The notes under the pieces were generated by a model that ran no database searches, had not been told where the DNA came from, and saw nothing but the letters and a program-made list of their open reading frames with translations. This document shows positions 62,870 through 64,000 of a DNA stretch of 64,000 nt, piece after piece. The first letter of the stretch is position 1. Each line of letters begins with the position of its first letter. The stretch is from Chloroflexi bacterium ADurb.Bin180 (GTDB lineage: Bacteria > Chloroflexota > Anaerolineae > UBA2200): positions 19,407 through 83,406 of the forward strand of contig MWCV01000004.1 of the NCBI GenBank assembly GCA_002070215.1, read 5' to 3'. The position numbers and the translations under genes were made by a program.

Positions 62870-64000
62870 CTAGCGAATCGGCAGGGTAAAACGAAAGGTC
62901 GATCCGGAGCGAGGGCTGCTCTCCACCCAGATTCGCCCGCCATGGGCCTCGATGATGGCCCGACACAGGTAGAGGCCAAGGCCTACGCCCTGCGTCCTGC
63001 GTCCCAATCTCGAATCGACGCGGTAGAAGGGCTGGAATAGATGCTGCTGCTCCTCGGGGGAGATGCCGATGCCCTGGTCGGTGACCCAGACCTGCGCCAC
63101 GTCGCCCCTCACCCTGCCGCCCACTGTGACCGGGCCGCCCTCGGGCGAGTACTTGATGGCGTTGCTCAGCAGGTTCGACAGGACCTGTTGCAGGCGCTCC
63201 TCATCGGCCAGCAGCGGCGGGAAATCGGCCGGGAAATCGAGCCCGATCTCGTGCCTGGCAGCCTGCACTCGAAAGCGCTCGACCGTCTTGGCGGCCAGCC
63301 TGGGGAGAGAAACGTCACCCAGCTCCAGCTTGAGGGTACCGGCCTGAATGCGCGAAGCCTGAAGCAGGTCGTTGATCAGCCGGTCAAGGCGGTCGCTCTC
63401 CTCCTCGATAATGGTCAGACTTTCGCGGACGGTATCGGCGTCCCATCTGGCATCCTCACGGCGCAGCGTGTTGGCATAGCCCTTGATCAGCGCGACAGGG
63501 GTCTTGAGCTCGTGCGAGATGACCGAGATGAACATCTCTTTCATTTCCTGAGCTTCCCGGAAGCGCGAAACATCGTGCACGCTGCCGACAATGTGCGCCA
63601 GCTGCCCCTCTTGGTCGTAGAGCGGAGAATAGGTAATAGACACACTGGTCCTGTGGCCATCAGCGCGCACGATATCGCCTTCGGCAAGCAGCGGTTCCTC
63701 ACGACTCAGCGACTGCAGGGGACACCCCTCCTTGCAGATATTGGCGCCCTGCGCATTGTGCAGGGCAATCACCTTGTGACAGGGCTGCCCTGCTGCGGCC
63801 TCGGGAGTCCAGCCGGTCATCTCGGAGAGCTTGCGGTTGATCGTCTCTATGCGGCAGTCGGCGCTGAGAATGAGCACGCCGTCAGCGCTGTGTTCAATGA
63901 TGGCATTGAGGCGCTCTTTCTCTTCCGCCAGCCGCTGGTAGAGCGTGGCATTGCGCACGGCGATGGCTGCCTGGTCGGCGAAACTCGATAGCACCAGGCG
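62870..64000 (-). CDS. sensor histidine kinase (GAF end, PAS, HisKA, HATPase_c); N-terminus beyond the window
   Basis: H-box ISHELKTPV, N-box LSNAIKY, and G-boxes DQGIGI and GVGLGL. There is no stop upstream of 63994 in frame, so the gene continues past 64000. Confidence 0.85.
   Translation of the reverse strand, partial: RLVLSSFADQAAIAVRNATLYQRLAEEKERLNAIIEHSADGVLILSADCRIETINRKLSEMTGWTPEAAAGQPCHKVIALHNAQGANICKEGCPLQSLSREEPLLAEGDIVRADGHRTSVSITYSPLYDQEGQLAHIVGSVHDVSRFREAQEMKEMFISVISHELKTPVALIKGYANTLRREDARWDADTVRESLTIIEEESDRLDRLINDLLQASRIQAGTLKLELGDVSLPRLAAKTVERFRVQAARHEIGLDFPADFPPLLADEERLQQVLSNLLSNAIKYSPEGGPVTVGGRVRGDVAQVWVTDQGIGISPEEQQHLFQPFYRVDSRLGRRTQGVGLGLYLCRAIIEAHGGRIWVESSPRSGSTFRFTLPIR

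Noticed and set aside
1-64000. Search for mobile elements, prophage remnants, CRISPR arrays or toxin-antitoxin/defence islands.
   Set aside because: I saw no transposase, integrase, recombinase or Cas-like ORFs. There are no direct-repeat/spacer arrays and no terminal inverted repeats. The gene content is core metabolism and housekeeping plus the modules described in the findings.

Overview
High-GC, very densely coding chromosomal segment with about 60 CDS, 2 tRNAs and no mobile elements or CRISPR arrays. All calls come from reading motifs in the translated ORFs and the DNA; no database search was run. The gene content and envelope-related genes suggest a monoderm, anaerobic or microaerophilic bacterium, possibly Chloroflexota-like (inference only). 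Supporting points are a Tad pilus locus without a secretin, Pro/Thr-linker lipoproteins, and superoxide reductase, rubredoxin and flavodiiron genes. Most of the window is housekeeping: rsmI, ugd, mutS, pfkA, gyrA, hppA, acpS, alaS-ruvX-mltG, clpX-clpP-tig, and tRNA-Leu/tRNA-Gly. Four parts stand out. (1) A Bcp/PrxQ peroxiredoxin has its peroxidatic Cys codon replaced by an in-frame TGA followed by a SECIS-like hairpin, so it is a probable selenoprotein that the ORF track splits. (2) A complete cobalamin-riboswitch unit (promoter, aptamer, intrinsic terminator) drives a 5-gene ECF importer operon. Its first two genes, an alpha/alpha-toroid lipoprotein and a DUF4430 protein, look like the two halves of a transcobalamin-type B12 binder. 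(3) A Flp/Tad pilus locus has a GT-C (family 39-like) glycosyltransferase between the pilin and the assembly genes, three unusually long non-coding spacers and a translationally coupled DUF192 gene. (4) An oxygen-detoxification set includes an unannotated 53-aa rubredoxin, a 1Fe superoxide reductase, a stand-alone four-His ferric-reductase-like membrane protein and FprA. Several near-consensus sigma70-type promoters can be read directly, and two of them imply leaderless mRNAs.
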